A DNA stretch of 64,000 bases from Octopus vulgaris (GCA_951406725.2 OX597827.1:64666001-64730000); one strand, 5' to 3'; positions 1 to 11,945 are shown, numbered from the stretch's first letter. The notes: a model not told the origin generated them from the sequence alone. Made by a program: numbers and translations.

Positions 1-105
1 AAATGAACATAATGTAAATGATGTAATGATCAAGTCATAAAATCGAATAACATCTTGCAAAATGCGTGAAAAATAATTTGAAATGTCTTAATAATAACAA
101 ACCCA

Positions 106-431
106 GCTCATCATGCTTTTAATAGCAGCAAGCAAAGACGTATCAACCACGGCTCATCGTGCCTGTAGCAGAAGCATGTAAACCTGGCTCAATATGTGTT
201 TGCTAAATACGTATAAACTCGGATCACTACGAATATAATCGAGGCTTGTAAACCCAGCTCAACATGCCTTTACATGAAGCAGGTAATTCCAGTCCACCAT
301 GCATTTAGCAGAAGCATGTAAGCATGGATCATTATGCATTTACTAGAAGGACATAATCCCGGTTCATAGTGTGTTTACTAGAAGTATGTAAGATCAGGTC
401 ATCATGCATACAGTAGAAGCATGCAGTAGAA
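106..431. repeat. Degenerate 35-bp minisatellite, about 9 units
   Basis: Units start at 152, 187, 222, 257, 292, 327, 362 and 397 (exact 35-bp period), plus an offset unit at 106; consensus approximately GNTCANCATGCATTTANNAGAAGCATGTAANCCNG. Confidence 0.85.
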
Positions 432-830
432 GGCGGTGAGCTGGCAGAAACGTTAGCACGCCGGGCGAAATGCTTAGCGGTATTTCGTCTGCCGTTACGT
501 TCTGAGTTCAAATCCCACCGAAGTCGACTTTGCCTTTCATCCTTTCGGGGTCGATTAAATAAGTACCAGTTACGCACTGGGGTCGATATAATCAACTTAA
601 TCCGTTTGTCCGTCCTTGTTTGCCCTCTTTGTGTTTAGCCCCTTGTGGGTAGTAAAGAAATAGGTATTTCGTCTGTCTTTATGTTCTGAGTTCAAATTCC
701 GCCGAGGTTGACTTTGCCTTTCATCGTTTCGGGTTCGATAAATTAAGTACCAGCTGCGTACTGGCTCGATATAATCGACTGACCCCCTCCCCCAAAATTT
801 CGGGCCTTGTGTCTAGAGTAGAAAAGAATA
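431..830 (+). mobile_element. tRNA-derived SINE family A, dimeric body
   Basis: Head GGCGGTGAGCTGGCAGAA, B-box-like GAGTTCAAATCC, body repeated after the junction at about 660; more than 10 homologous copies in the window. Confidence 0.85.
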
Positions 831-1024
831 GTTATCGAATGCATTTTGAAAGATTCCATGTTGGATCTGCCGTAGAAATGATGTTTATATTTATTTCTGG
901 TAACGGTACGAAGCTGCATCATTTGCTGTTGTTGTTCTTATTGTCGTTGTTGTAGTGTTGATACTTTAATCGCATCTGTTTTGTATTCCAACACCAAAGT
1001 CAAGAGTAACGAATGCAATGAGGA

Positions 1025-1500
1025 CGACAACAGGATGAAGAAGAAGAGGAAGAGAAAAAGGATAAGAAGAAGAAGGGGAACAAGAAGAAGTAGAAGACGA
1101 AGAAGATGATAAGAATGGAGAATGTAGAGGACAAAGAAGAGGGAAAAGAAAAAAGAAGAGGGAGGAGACAAAGAAGTAGTAAAACAAAGAAAAAGGAAGG
1201 AAAGAAGGAGAAAGAAAACAACAGAGAAGAGGAAGGGGAATTCAAAAGAAGGAGAAAAAGAAGATAAAGAAGTAAAGGCAAAGAAGAAAAAGAGGAAGAA
1301 AAAGAAAAGGAAAATACGAAGAAGGTGATAAAGAAGACGAGGAAGAAAAGACAAAGAAGAGAGTAAAAAGGAGAAAAAGATGACAAAGAATAAGAAGAGA
1401 AGATAATGAAGAGGATAAAGAAGAAGGGAAAAGATAAGAAAAAGAAGACAAAGAAGAAATAGAAAGAAAGAGAGGAAGAAGAAAAAGCTAGTATAAAGAA
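1025..1500. repeat. Purine-rich low-complexity tract (GAA/GGA/AAG)
   Basis: Strongly A/G-biased on the + strand. Confidence 0.9.
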
Positions 1501-1811
1501 CCAACGTATACAATACTCAAAACTCATTGTCTTAATAGGTTAAGATGAAGCACTTTGCAAAGATGGGTAAATAGCCTCAATCCGTTTCAGGCTTCTTTTT
1601 GTTTGAAGACAGGATTGCTTAACTATTGACTGTCTGATTGTAAGAAATATTTACTCGAAAATTAAAAGCCGTATAGAATATGTTTTCTTTAGTTCAGCTC
1701 TGTTTCATGATTACATAATATATACGGCTTCGTGTCCTCCAGGTCAACTTCGACCTTTATTTGTATCGAGGGATTTATTTTATTTACATTACATTACATT
1801 TTTTTTTTACA

Positions 1812-2198
1812 TAGGCGTAGGAGTGACTGTGGTAAGTAGCTTGCTTACGAACGACATGGTTCAGGGTTCAGTCCCACTGCGTGGCACCTTGGGTAAGTGT
1901 CTTCTACTATAGCCTCGGGCCGACCAAAGCCTTGTAAGTGGATTTGGTAGACGGAAACTGAAAGAAGCCCGTCATATCTATGTATATGTGTATACGTTTG
2001 TGTGTCTGTGTTTGTCTCCCCAACATCGCTTGACAACCGATGCTGGTGTGTTTACGTCGCCGTAAAAGAGACCGATAGAATAAGTACTAGGCTTACAAAG
2101 AATAAGTCCTGGGGTCGATTTGCTCGACTAAAAGCGGTGCTCCAGCAAGGCCACGGTCAAATGACTGAAACAAGTAACAGAGTAAAGAGTAAAGAGTA
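1812..2198 (+). mobile_element. tRNA-derived SINE family B
   Basis: AGGCGTAGGAGTG..TGTGGTAAG..GGGTTCAGTCCC head, CCTTGGGTAAGT core, internal TA/TG microsatellite, AAAGAGT tail; matches 10152-10556 and 46783-47190. Confidence 0.85.
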
Positions 2199-2227
2199 AC
2201 TGTTAATTCTTATGGCTGCATTTAAAA

Positions 2228-2430
2228 CGGTGATCTGGCAGATCCATTAGCACGGTGGACAACGTGCTTACCAGCATTTCGTACGCTATTACGTTCTGAG
2301 TTCAAATTCAACCAAGGAGTTCAAATTCCCTTTTTTACCTTTCGGAAATTAATTGGGTAAGTGCCTGTCAAGTACTGGAATCAATACAATCGATTTAATC
2401 CTCGCTCAAAATCTACCAGAAATTGAAATA
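2228..2430 (+). mobile_element. Degenerate SINE family A
   Basis: Diverged match to family A head and body. Confidence 0.65.
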
Positions 2431-2439
2431 GTTGCATTA

Positions 2440-3035
2440 GGGCGGCGAGCTGGCAGATACGTTAGCACGCCGGGCGAAATGCTTAGCGGTATTTCGTCTG
2501 CCGTTACGTTCTGAGTTCAAATTCCGCCGTGGTCGACTTTGCCTTTCATCCTTTCGGGGTCGATAAATTAAGTACTAGTTACGCACTGGGGTCGATATAA
2601 TCGACTTTGTCCGTTTGTCTGCCCTTGTTTGTCCTCTCTGTGTTTAACCCCTTGTGGGTAGTAAAGAAATAGGTATTTCGTCTGCCGCTACGTTCTGAGT
2701 TCAAATTCCGCCGAGGTCGATTTTGCCTTTCATCCTTTCGGGGTCGATAAATCAAGTACCAGTTACGCACTGGGGTCGATATAATCAACTTAATCCGTTT
2801 GTCTGTCCTTGTTTATCCTCTCTTTTTAGCCCCTTGTGGGTAGTAAAGAAATGCGTATTTCGTCTGCCGTTATGTTCTGAGTTCAAATTCCGCCGAGGTC
2901 GACTTTGCCTTTCATCCTTTCGGGGTCGATGAATCAAGTACCAGTTACGCACTGGGGTCGATATAATCGACTTAATCCGTTTGTCTGTCCTTGTTTGTCC
3001 TCTCTGTGTCTAGCCCCTTGTGGATAATAAAGACA
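2440..3035 (+). mobile_element. SINE family A with three tandem body units of about 183 bp
   Basis: GTATTTCGTCTGCCG recurs at about 2489, 2673 and 2855. Confidence 0.9.
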
Positions 3036-3689
3036 GATATATGCTACTCAGCCATTACTAGATATTTCTGATCTGGTAAGCTCCAGGATTGAACTCGGTT
3101 CCCGTTTCACGAACGCTTGTGATAAGCAGCATGCGTATTTGATGTGTTTAAAATTTAATTAATGTACCCACTTGTCTCTCATTAACCACATTATGAACAT
3201 TCTTAATTAACAAGAACGAAATAAGAATAACTATATCGATAACGTAACGCAACAACAACAGATACAACAACAACTACTCCAAAAACATCAAGAATAACAG
3301 CAATTATTCATTACCGTTGTGTGTTACGTATATGTCACGGCTATATGAACGAGTCAATTAACACATCGTTTCATAAATGAACTTCATATGTAATTACAAA
3401 CTACAGTGTTTAATTATGAATTACAAATTTTCTGTGATGTCCTACAACATCGTTTTCTTCCTGGCGCCATAATTTACCTTCTTTAGAACGTGACGTTAAA
3501 AAGAAAAAGAAAAAAAGAACGAAAAAAATTAAGAAGCAAAGCAAACACATCGCTCTGAAACCGTTCTAAAAGTCCACCTGCCCCCGAGCTATGACGGTCA
3601 ATACTGTACTTTAAAGTACCCCCTCATTGATTTATTCTCTTATTCAATAGTCTCTGATTACCTGCTGTTTACTGTAATTCTACATCAGT

Positions 3690-4325
3690 TTGTCTTCTTC
3701 TTCTTCTTCTTCTTCTTCTTCTTCTTCTTCTTCTTCTTCTTCCTCCCTCTCCTTCTCCTCCTCCTCCTCCTTCTTCTTCTTCTTCTTCTTCTTCCTCCCT
3801 CTCCTTCTCCTCCTCCTTCTTCTTCTTCTTCTTCTTCTTCTTCTTCTTCGTCGTCTTCTTCTTCGTTTTCTTCTTCTTCTTCTTCTTCTTCTTCCGCTTC
3901 TTCTTCTTCCGCTTCTTCTTCTTCCTCCCCTTACTCCTCCCCTTCCTCCTCCTCCTCCTCCTCCTCCTCCTCCTCCTCCTCTTCTTCTTCTTCTTCTTCT
4001 TCTTCTTCTTCTTCCGCTTCTTCTTCTTCCGCTTCTTCTTCTTCCGCTTCTTCTTCTACCGCTTCTTCTTCTTCTTCTTCTTCTTCTTCTTCTTCGTCTT
4101 CCTCCCCCTCCTCCTCTTCTTCTTCTTCTTCTTCTTCTTCTTTTCTATTCTTTCTGTTATTTTTCTCTTTCCTTTCCACCTCTTTCTTCTCTTCCTCCCC
4201 CTCATCTTCCTCATTGCTTTTGTTATTGTTTTTGATGTTGATGTTCATCTGTTTCTTTTTCTTTATATTTTCTTGTTCTTTTTCCTCCTCCTCCTCCTCC
4301 TCCCCTTCTTTCACCTTCTCCTCAT
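3690..4325. repeat. (CTT)n/(CCT)n pyrimidine microsatellite tract
   Basis: Directly visible trinucleotide repeats. Confidence 0.95.
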
Positions 4326-4334
4326 TAGTAAGCA

Positions 4335-4515
4335 GAGTAAAATGCATAACGGCATTTCGCCTCTCTTTACGTTCTGAGTTCAAATTACGCCGGGTTCGAC
4401 TTTGCCTTTCATCATATCGGAGTCGATAACATATATTCTAGTCGAGCAATGGAGTCGATATAATCGACTTAGCCCCTTCCCCAAAACTGCTGGTCTTCTG
4501 CCAATATCTGAAAAT
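4335..4515 (+). mobile_element. 5'-truncated SINE family A
   Basis: TTCTGAGTTCAAATTACGCC..GACTTTGCCTTTCATC body match. Confidence 0.7.
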
Positions 4516-4578
4516 AATTCTGGAGGACAGTGAGAAGTTTCACAATTGGAAGTCAATATCTCACTATTACTGCACAAA

Positions 4579-4612
<34 letters not shown>

Positions 4613-4785
4613 ATAGAAATGGCAAGACAACAAAAGAATGAAAGAGACCTCGATATTAAGTAAATAGAGGAATTTATCTGTACACACACATACACATAAA
4701 ATATATAGGGTAAGAAAATTAGAGAAATGTCCTACCAGTGGCTAACATGCATAAAATAGTCAACAGACAGCATATTATTCGTATA

Positions 4786-4963
4786 AAATTAGTGTACATT
4801 TATACACAACAGGATACCTTACATGCTAAAAGGAACTCTCAAAGTCCAAAACACGGTTAACTATTGAAAATGTTTTTATTTTTCAGCCCCTTCGAAAATA
4901 CTCTTAACCTTCGTTTGGACTTTGACTGTTAGGGTTACCTCTTTTGTGTATAAATGTACACTA

Positions 4964-4967
<4 letters not shown>
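4786..4967. mobile_element. MITE-like fold-back element
   Basis: Perfect 24-bp inverted repeat AAATTAGTGTACATTTATACACAA (4786-4809 / 4944-4967) plus inner arms TCAAAGTCCAAA / TTTGGACTTTGA. Confidence 0.65.
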
Positions 4968-5003
<36 letters not shown>

Positions 5004-5009
5004 ATCCAA

Positions 5010-5190
5010 ACATGAACAAAGAGAAAACACAACAACGCGAGGATGTGCAACAAGTATAGTGTTATTGGACGCTCAGGAAAGGAAAGAAAGAAGGAGGACT
5101 TAACGTTTCGAGCAGAGCTCTTCGTTAGAAACAAGAAAAAGGAAAGGTCCAAGGAAGGGAAGACGGAGAAGACGGAGAAAGATACACACG
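5010..5190 (-). mobile_element. Penelope-LTR-like repeat with degenerate hammerhead (5098-5132)
   Basis: Minus strand GTTT-CTAACGA-A-GAGC-TCT-GCTC-GAAA-CG-TT-AAGT; homologous copy at 27595-27760. Confidence 0.6.
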
Positions 5191-5441
5191 CGGTTAAATA
5201 GTGAAATGACCGGAAGGGAATGGGTGAAGAAAAAGCTCTTTCGAAGACAGGAGAGTGCAAGATAAGGAGGTATGTGTGTGTATGTGTGGGTATGTGCGTG
5301 TGCGCAGGTCTGTGTGTGTGTGTGTGTGTGTAATGATAGCACGTGTGTCCTTGTGTGTTTGTGGTTGTGGCTGTTTACCTATGTGTGTGGTTGGACTTAG
5401 TATCGTTTAAGGTCATAACGAAGTCATAACACGATGTTTTG

Positions 5442-5478
5442 AGAAATTTGAAAAGTTAACACGAAACCGGTAATTTCT
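5442..5478 (+). ncRNA. Minimal type I hammerhead ribozyme, U3-A8 variant
   Basis: AGAAAT-TTGAAAA-GT-TAAC-AC-GAAA-CCGG-TA-ATTTCT: 6-bp stem I, palindromic ACCGGT stem III, GUA cleavage triplet. Confidence 0.7.
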
Positions 5479-6204
5479 TCAAAAACTATGTCACCGTATG
5501 AAAAAATTTTATAACATTCTTCTGACATAATGACTCAAATATAGTTTTTAACCTTTTAAAACAAGCCTTCTGTAGTTTTTTCACTTTTTACTATTTTCTA
5601 TATATTCAACCACGTGCTTTCACACACCAACTTTTTCACACACCAACTTTCTCACCTATGTATATATATATATATATATATATATAGGCAGAAGAGGCCA
5701 ATCCTTTCTCTGCTGAAAGTCTAAGAAGACTAGGTACTATTAAGATCAATCTCACATCTGTTCACAATTCAAAGGCGAAGTTTTTGATGAGAAATAAAAC
5801 TCATGTTGTAGTAACTTTGTGCATTCTTCATTAAAACCATATATTTATTAAAACGGTATAAATGACGTTTCAAATTATATCAATTTCTGTGTAGTGCACA
5901 ATGAAGAAATTAATTAATAGTCGATGCACGCACATTTATGCAAATCAGAGCGCATAACTGTAACGACCAGGATATTAGCTGTTATGCACCCCTGATGCAT
6001 AACAATGCACTTCATCGCTTTGTAATAGCTTCTGAATGATACCAGAAATGGCTGGGTGAACAGGCAAACATTTTCCCTGAACTGAAAGCTACTACGTCAC
6101 AGGGCTACTCATTTACAACTGACCGAACATGAAAGGAAGTGTTTTGCTCAAGAGCACAGCTTGCCGAACGTCTGGAAATCATAAACCGTGCCTAGGGCGT
6201 TTAT

Positions 6205-6615
6205 ATTCTTTTATTCTTTTAGTTGTTTCAGTCATTGACTGCGGTCATGCTGGAGCACCACCATTTAGTCGAAGAAATCGACCTCAGGACATATTCTTTG
6301 TAAGCCTCGGTATTTTATTTTATCGCCGAGGGACAGAGACACAAGCACACTAGCATCGGTTTTCAAGCGATGGTTGGTGAACAAACACACACACATGCAC
6401 ACACATACACACACACAAACACACAAATACACACAAAGACATATATACATATATATTCGACTGGCTTCATTTCAGTTTCCGTCTACCAAATACACTCAGT
6501 AGGTTTTGGTCGACCCAAGGCTATAGTAGAAAACACGTGCTCTAGGTGCCACGCAGTGGGACCGAACACGGAACCATGTGGTTGGGAAGCAAGCTTCTTA
6601 CCACACACCTACAAC
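6205..6615 (-). mobile_element. SINE family B
   Basis: Reverse complement of the 10152-10556 type. Confidence 0.8.
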
Positions 6616-6619
6616 TGTG

Positions 6620-7005
6620 CCTATATGTGTATATATATATTTATATACACATATGAACATATATACCAACATATGAAAAGTTTGGCTTAAGGATATATGT
6701 ATGTGTGTGTGTATATATATATATATGAGTATGTATGTATGTATGTATGTATGTATGAATGTATGTATGTATGCATGCATGTATATATGTATGTATGTAG
6801 CATGTATGTATGCATGTATATATGTATGTGTGTATGCTTGCATATATATAAATATATATATATATATAATGTATATATATTTATAATATATATATATGTA
6901 ATATATATATATATATATGTATATGTGTGTATTTATATATATTATATATATATATATATATATAACATATATAATATATATATGTATGTATATAAATAAT
7001 ATATA

Positions 7006-7081
<76 letters not shown>

Positions 7082-8170
7082 GAACATATACATACACATC
7101 TGTATATGTGTGTATGCATATGTGAAGCACACGCACTAACACACACACTCGCGCGCGCCCACACATATATGAATTACCCGTGTGTCACTGATATACGAGG
7201 CGTCATTTAAATATTGCACAGAAATTGAAATTAGTAATATATTCATATTAATTAATAGTAATGAAAACTCAAAGGAATATATTGAAAACTAATCATTATT
7301 TATTAATATAGTTTAATGTTTTCACTTCGAAAAGTGATTACATCTTTCAGTTATTTTTTTCTATTTAGTTAAGTGCCTCGATGTGGTATCTTGAATCGCT
7401 ACAAGTAGTAGCAGTTAAATTATATGTATGTATGCATGCATGCATGTATGTATGTATGTATGTATGTATGTATGTATGTATGTATGTATGTATGTATGCA
7501 TGTATGTATGCATGTATGTATGCATGTATGTATGTATGTATGCATGTATGTATGTATGTATGTATGTATGCATGCATGTATGTATGTATGTATGTATGTA
7601 TGTATATGTGTGTGTGTATATATATGTATGTATGCATGTATATATGTGTGTATGCATGCGTGCATATATATATATATATGTATGTGTATGTATATATGTA
7701 TGTATGTATGAATGTATGTATGTATGTATGTATATATGTATGTATGTATGCATGCATGTATATATGTATGTATGTATGTATGCATGTATATATGTATGTG
7801 TGTATGCTTGCATATATATGTATGTATGTGCATGTATGTGCATGTATATCTATTTATATATATATATATATTTATGTATATGTATGTATATGTACGTATA
7901 TATATATATATGTATATATGTACATATATATACATATAAACATACACGCGTATATTTACATACATGAATCGATGTATGCATATATACGTATCTATATATA
8001 TATACACACATCATATATACATGCATTTATGCACACACACACACATATAAATATGTGTGTATGCGTGTTCGTGTGTGTGTATGTGTGCACGTGTGTGCCT
8101 GTGCCTGTGTTTGCGCGTGCGTGCGTGTGTGTACGCGTGTGTTCATACATATTATGTGCGTGTATGTCTA
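6620..8170. repeat. Compound (TA)n/(TATG)n/(TG)n microsatellite field
   Basis: Directly visible; interrupted by non-repeat sequence at about 7170-7420. Confidence 0.9.
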
Positions 8171-8364
8171 CATAATCTGATAGAAATACGGAAAAGTCAC
8201 ATGGTTAGATCAACTTTGATCATATTTGTACTCGATGAAAACCTACTTGATGTTAAAGAGCGGTAACAATAGTAATAACACCATAAATCCGATGGATCAG
8301 TAACAAAAAAACCCCCCCAAAAAACTCAGCGTAAACAAGCGATGACAAAAACAAGAACACATAC

Positions 8365-8575
8365 GAGATGTTGCTGAAAATTTCCTAGATTTAAGGGTCT
8401 CGCATAAAGCTTGGTTGAAGGCCTAACATTCTGAGTTCTTTTACAGGGCTTAGAAAAACTGAAGGACCTCTGCACTAGGTGCGTGAACCAGTGAGAAGAA
8501 TATATTGAATAAAACCGCAAATTACTGACCCTCCTGTATTTTGTATTACCCAAAGCCAAGAACTTTTCAGGCCCC
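8365..8575 (+). mobile_element. Mariner-derived MITE (family G)
   Basis: Matches 61253-61447 and the reverse complement of 40458-40677; residual transposase C-terminus approximately FLQGLEKLKD..TRCVN..EEYIE*. Confidence 0.7.
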
Positions 8576-9150
8576 CGCTCCCGTGCGCAAAAATGACAAA
8601 GTGAGACCTAGCAATTTTGCCTCATAAGACAAAACGACAATAAACTGTGAATGCATACGTGTGGGTGATCTATGTCGTTGCTGGGGGAAACAGTTCGCTT
8701 TAGAGAAGCTGTTGCAATTGACGGTCATTCTTATCAATGACGGAAACCTGACTATACTTCCGTCTTTCGTGACAGCTGTTTCGCTGTACGTGCTGCATTC
8801 GCGGACCGTATTGCACACAAGAGTCCATGACTTATGACCGGAATTATGCAGGCTTCATTTGTTTATTATTCTTACTTTCAAATCCTCCCTGACCGGAGAA
8901 CATAACAGAGCTTATGCCAAGGCAATGTAACTAAATACATGCGTTATTTCCTTGTTAGAATGCATCACCATAAATTTATTTCAATTATGAATCCTATCAC
9001 GGAAATCGTAGCTTTTGGAAATTTCTATACTACATGTACTCAAATATCAAATGCAGGATGGCACACACCTATGTTTTGTTTTGGTTTGAAAGCAAGTTTA
9101 ATGTAATTCAGATTAGTTCATTAGCGGCAGAGATTTTTAATGTTAACGAG

Positions 9151-9260
9151 CGAGAAGAACCACGGGATCAGAGCAGTGGTTTGCGTGTTCATTCGATTGA
9201 CCAGTAGGGGTAGTTCGCCTCTGCGTGATAACGGCTAACGCCTCTAAGCCAGTAGCTTAG
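9151..9260 (+). pseudogene. Divergent 28S rRNA 3'-domain-like fragment (sarcin-ricin loop onward)
   Basis: CGAGAAGAACC..TCAGA..TGGT..TCTG..GATAACGGCTAACGCCTCTAAGCCAG is collinear by eye with eukaryotic LSU CGAGAGGAACC..TCAGA..TGGT..TCTG..GATTATGACTGAACGCCTCTAAGTCAG. Confidence 0.6.
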
Positions 9261-9324
9261 CTGGACCCGAGCTTTTTTCCCCAAAACGTCCCAACCTCAA
9301 GGCACATGCGATAGCGTGACGTGG

Positions 9325-9433
9325 GTTGCCGGCCCGTTGTCCGCACGTTGCCCGCACGTTGCCCGCCCGTTGCCCGCCGTTGCCCGCCCATCGCCCGCAC
9401 GTCGCCCGCCCGTCACCCGTCCGTCACCTACAT
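9325..9433. repeat. GC-rich 11-bp tandem repeat (GTTGCCCGCMC), about 10 units
   Basis: Directly visible. Confidence 0.9.
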
Positions 9434-9791
9434 GTGGTGAGCTATGTCGTTGCCGGGGAGAATGCTTTGTCCAAATTCATCAAAAAGATCGAGACAGCAA
9501 AGATCGCTTGTATACAACATGAACTTGTGTTTGGTGTGACGTGGTTAGTAGAACAGCGACCTCAAACGATTTATTGCTCCAAGGTCTGGAGTTATTACCT
9601 TGCTTTGCAAGAAAGTGAGAACAGACAAATATATTCTTAATTCACCTAATTAGAAGCGTTTACATTATTTTTCATCAAAGAGTGTTTCTCTCTTTTGATT
9701 CTTCCCTCCGCAGATATGCCTGTCTGTTTGTCCGTCTGTCTGTACGTATCGTTGTATGTATGCACGTATGTACTTGTTTACGTATGTATGT

Positions 9792-9857
<66 letters not shown>

Positions 9858-9877
9858 ATGTGCGTGAGTGTGTTATG

Positions 9878-9921
<44 letters not shown>

Positions 9922-9922
<1 letters not shown>

Positions 9923-9954
9923 TGGTAGACGGAAACTGAAAGCAGCCCGTTGTG

Positions 9955-10032
<78 letters not shown>

Positions 10033-10140
10033 GGTAAAGAAATAAGTCCAGGAGGTCCATTTTGTTCCACTAAAATCATTCAAAGCAGTACTCCAGCATT
10101 GACACAGTCAAATAAGTGCAACAAGAAAAAGAGTAAGAAA
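9922..10140 (+). mobile_element. SINE family B, 3' fragment interrupted by (TG)n(TAG)n
   Basis: TTGGTAGACGGAAACTGAAAG and CTCCAGCA..CAGTCAAAT motifs. Confidence 0.65.
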
Positions 10141-10151
10141 AAAGCAAATAA

Positions 10152-10556
10152 AAGGCGTAGGAGTGGCTGTGTGGTAAGTAGCTTGTTTACCAACCACATG
10201 GTTCCGGGTTCAGTCCCACTGCGTGGCACCTTGAGTAAGTGATTTCTACTATAGCCTCGGGTCGACCAAAGCCTTGTGAGTGGATTTGGTAGACGGAAAC
10301 TGAAAGAAGCCCGTCGTATATAAATATATATATATATGTATGTCTATATGTTTATGTGTCTGTGTTTGTCCCCTCAACATCGCTTGACAACCGATGCTGG
10401 TGTGTGTATAAATCACCGTAACTTAGCGGTTCGGCAAAACCGACCAATAGAATAAGTACTAGGCTTACAAAGAATAAGTCCTGAGGTCGATTTGCTCGAC
10501 TAGAAGCGGTGCTCCAGCATGGCTACAGTCACATGACTGAAACAAGTAAAAGAGAG
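10152..10556 (+). mobile_element. SINE family B, full length
   Basis: Complete head, core, microsatellite and tail; multiple homologues in window. Confidence 0.9.
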
Positions 10557-10612
10557 AGATTATATTTAAATTGAGACGTCAAAGGAATAAACAATTATTT
10601 TATGGACTTCAT

Positions 10613-10695
10613 TAGCTTACAGATGTTTCTACTATAAGAAGCAGTGGACTCATTGTTGAGTGCCTGAGTATCACCTACTAGCTTCATCGGAGTTA
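10613..10695 (-). ncRNA. Hammerhead-like motif, U4C core (CCGATGA), long stem II
   Basis: Minus strand TAACT-CCGATGA-AGCTAG...TAGTA-GAAA-CATCTG-TA-AGCTA; one stem I mismatch. Confidence 0.5.
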
Positions 10696-11139
10696 TAAAC
10701 ATGTAGAATTTATTTAGGAAAACGATTACATTTATGTATATTCACAATAAAGCATTACCAGTGAGAAAACAGACACGCATATGGGAATTGAAGTTCAGGA
10801 GACCTTTCCATATTTAGAATAAGATTAATTTTAAAGTGTGTAGAAGGATAGGTATACTGAAATGTAGAGATGCAGTAATAAGAACTATCAGTAAGAAAGA
10901 AACCGACTTTTGAACGCAAAACAATTTTAAAATTTGGCGTAGCGCTTTTGGCTATTACCATTTCATTCCCAAGACGTCCTGCTGCGTAATGCAAACTGCC
11001 GGAATGATAATACATCAATACGATAATTTCATTCGGAGAAGATGGTTAAGCAGATGCTGAAACGATTATAGATTGAGGAAACACGTTCTCCTAAACTAAA
11101 CATAAAGGGCTAACAAGGATATATATAGAGACACGCTAA

Positions 11140-11378
11140 CGACAGTATTAAACTCCAAACACGGTCGTGACTTTATCAGGTTTTGAAATAAATTACACAC
11201 ATACACAGAGACATGCATAAACACCCACATGCACACACACACACACACATATACAAACACACACACACATACATATATATATATGCCCTTCTGAATATTA
11301 AACTCCAACACAGTCGTGTCTTTATCATGTTTGAAATAAATTACACACATACACAGAGACATGCATAAACACACACAT

Positions 11379-11437
<59 letters not shown>

Positions 11438-11548
11438 AACACACACACATATATGCCCTTCTGAGTATTAAACTTCAACACAGTCGTGTCTTTATCATGT
11501 TTGAAATAAATTATACACATACACACAGATATGCATAAAGACACACAT

Positions 11549-11606
<58 letters not shown>

Positions 11607-11770
11607 CACACACATATATGCCCTTCTGAGTATTAAACTTCAACACAGTCGTGTCTTTATCATGTTTGAAATAAATTATACACATACACACAGATATGCA
11701 TAAACACACATATGCACACACATACACATACACACACACACACATATATATGCCCTTTTGAGTATCAGTT
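11140..11770. repeat. Composite minisatellite: constant block of about 100 bp plus variable (CA)n, 4-5 units
   Basis: ATGCCCTTCTGAGTATTAAACTTCAACACAGTCGTGTCTTTATCATGTTTGAAATAAATT recurs at about 11283, 11453 and 11618, with partial copies at 11146 and 11750. Confidence 0.9.
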
Positions 11771-11880
11771 TTATGTATTGCCACCTATGTCATATAATGA
11801 GTATACGCACACACACATTTATATTAGAAATGTATATGTAAATATGTACGTATGTGGAGAGGGCTCTCTCTCTCTCTCTA

Positions 11881-11945
<65 letters not shown>

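Noticed and set aside
106-431. CRISPR-like periodicity (also 11140-11770)
   Set aside because: No constant repeat with unique spacers, no cas genes, eukaryotic context
3690-4383. Poly-E/poly-L ORFs (similar low-complexity ORFs at 938-1527 and 35893-36396)
   Set aside because: Trinucleotide and purine-tract artefacts
5688-5737. Hammerhead-like CAGAAGA-GGC..GCT-GAAA-GTCTAAGAAGAC-TA
   Set aside because: U4 is mutated and stem I has no partner; at most a truncated relic
6598-8175. Many long ORFs (YIYI, MYVC, THTH, LSIY types) here and throughout the window
   Set aside because: Translations of di- and tetranucleotide microsatellites that lack stop codons; no coding signal
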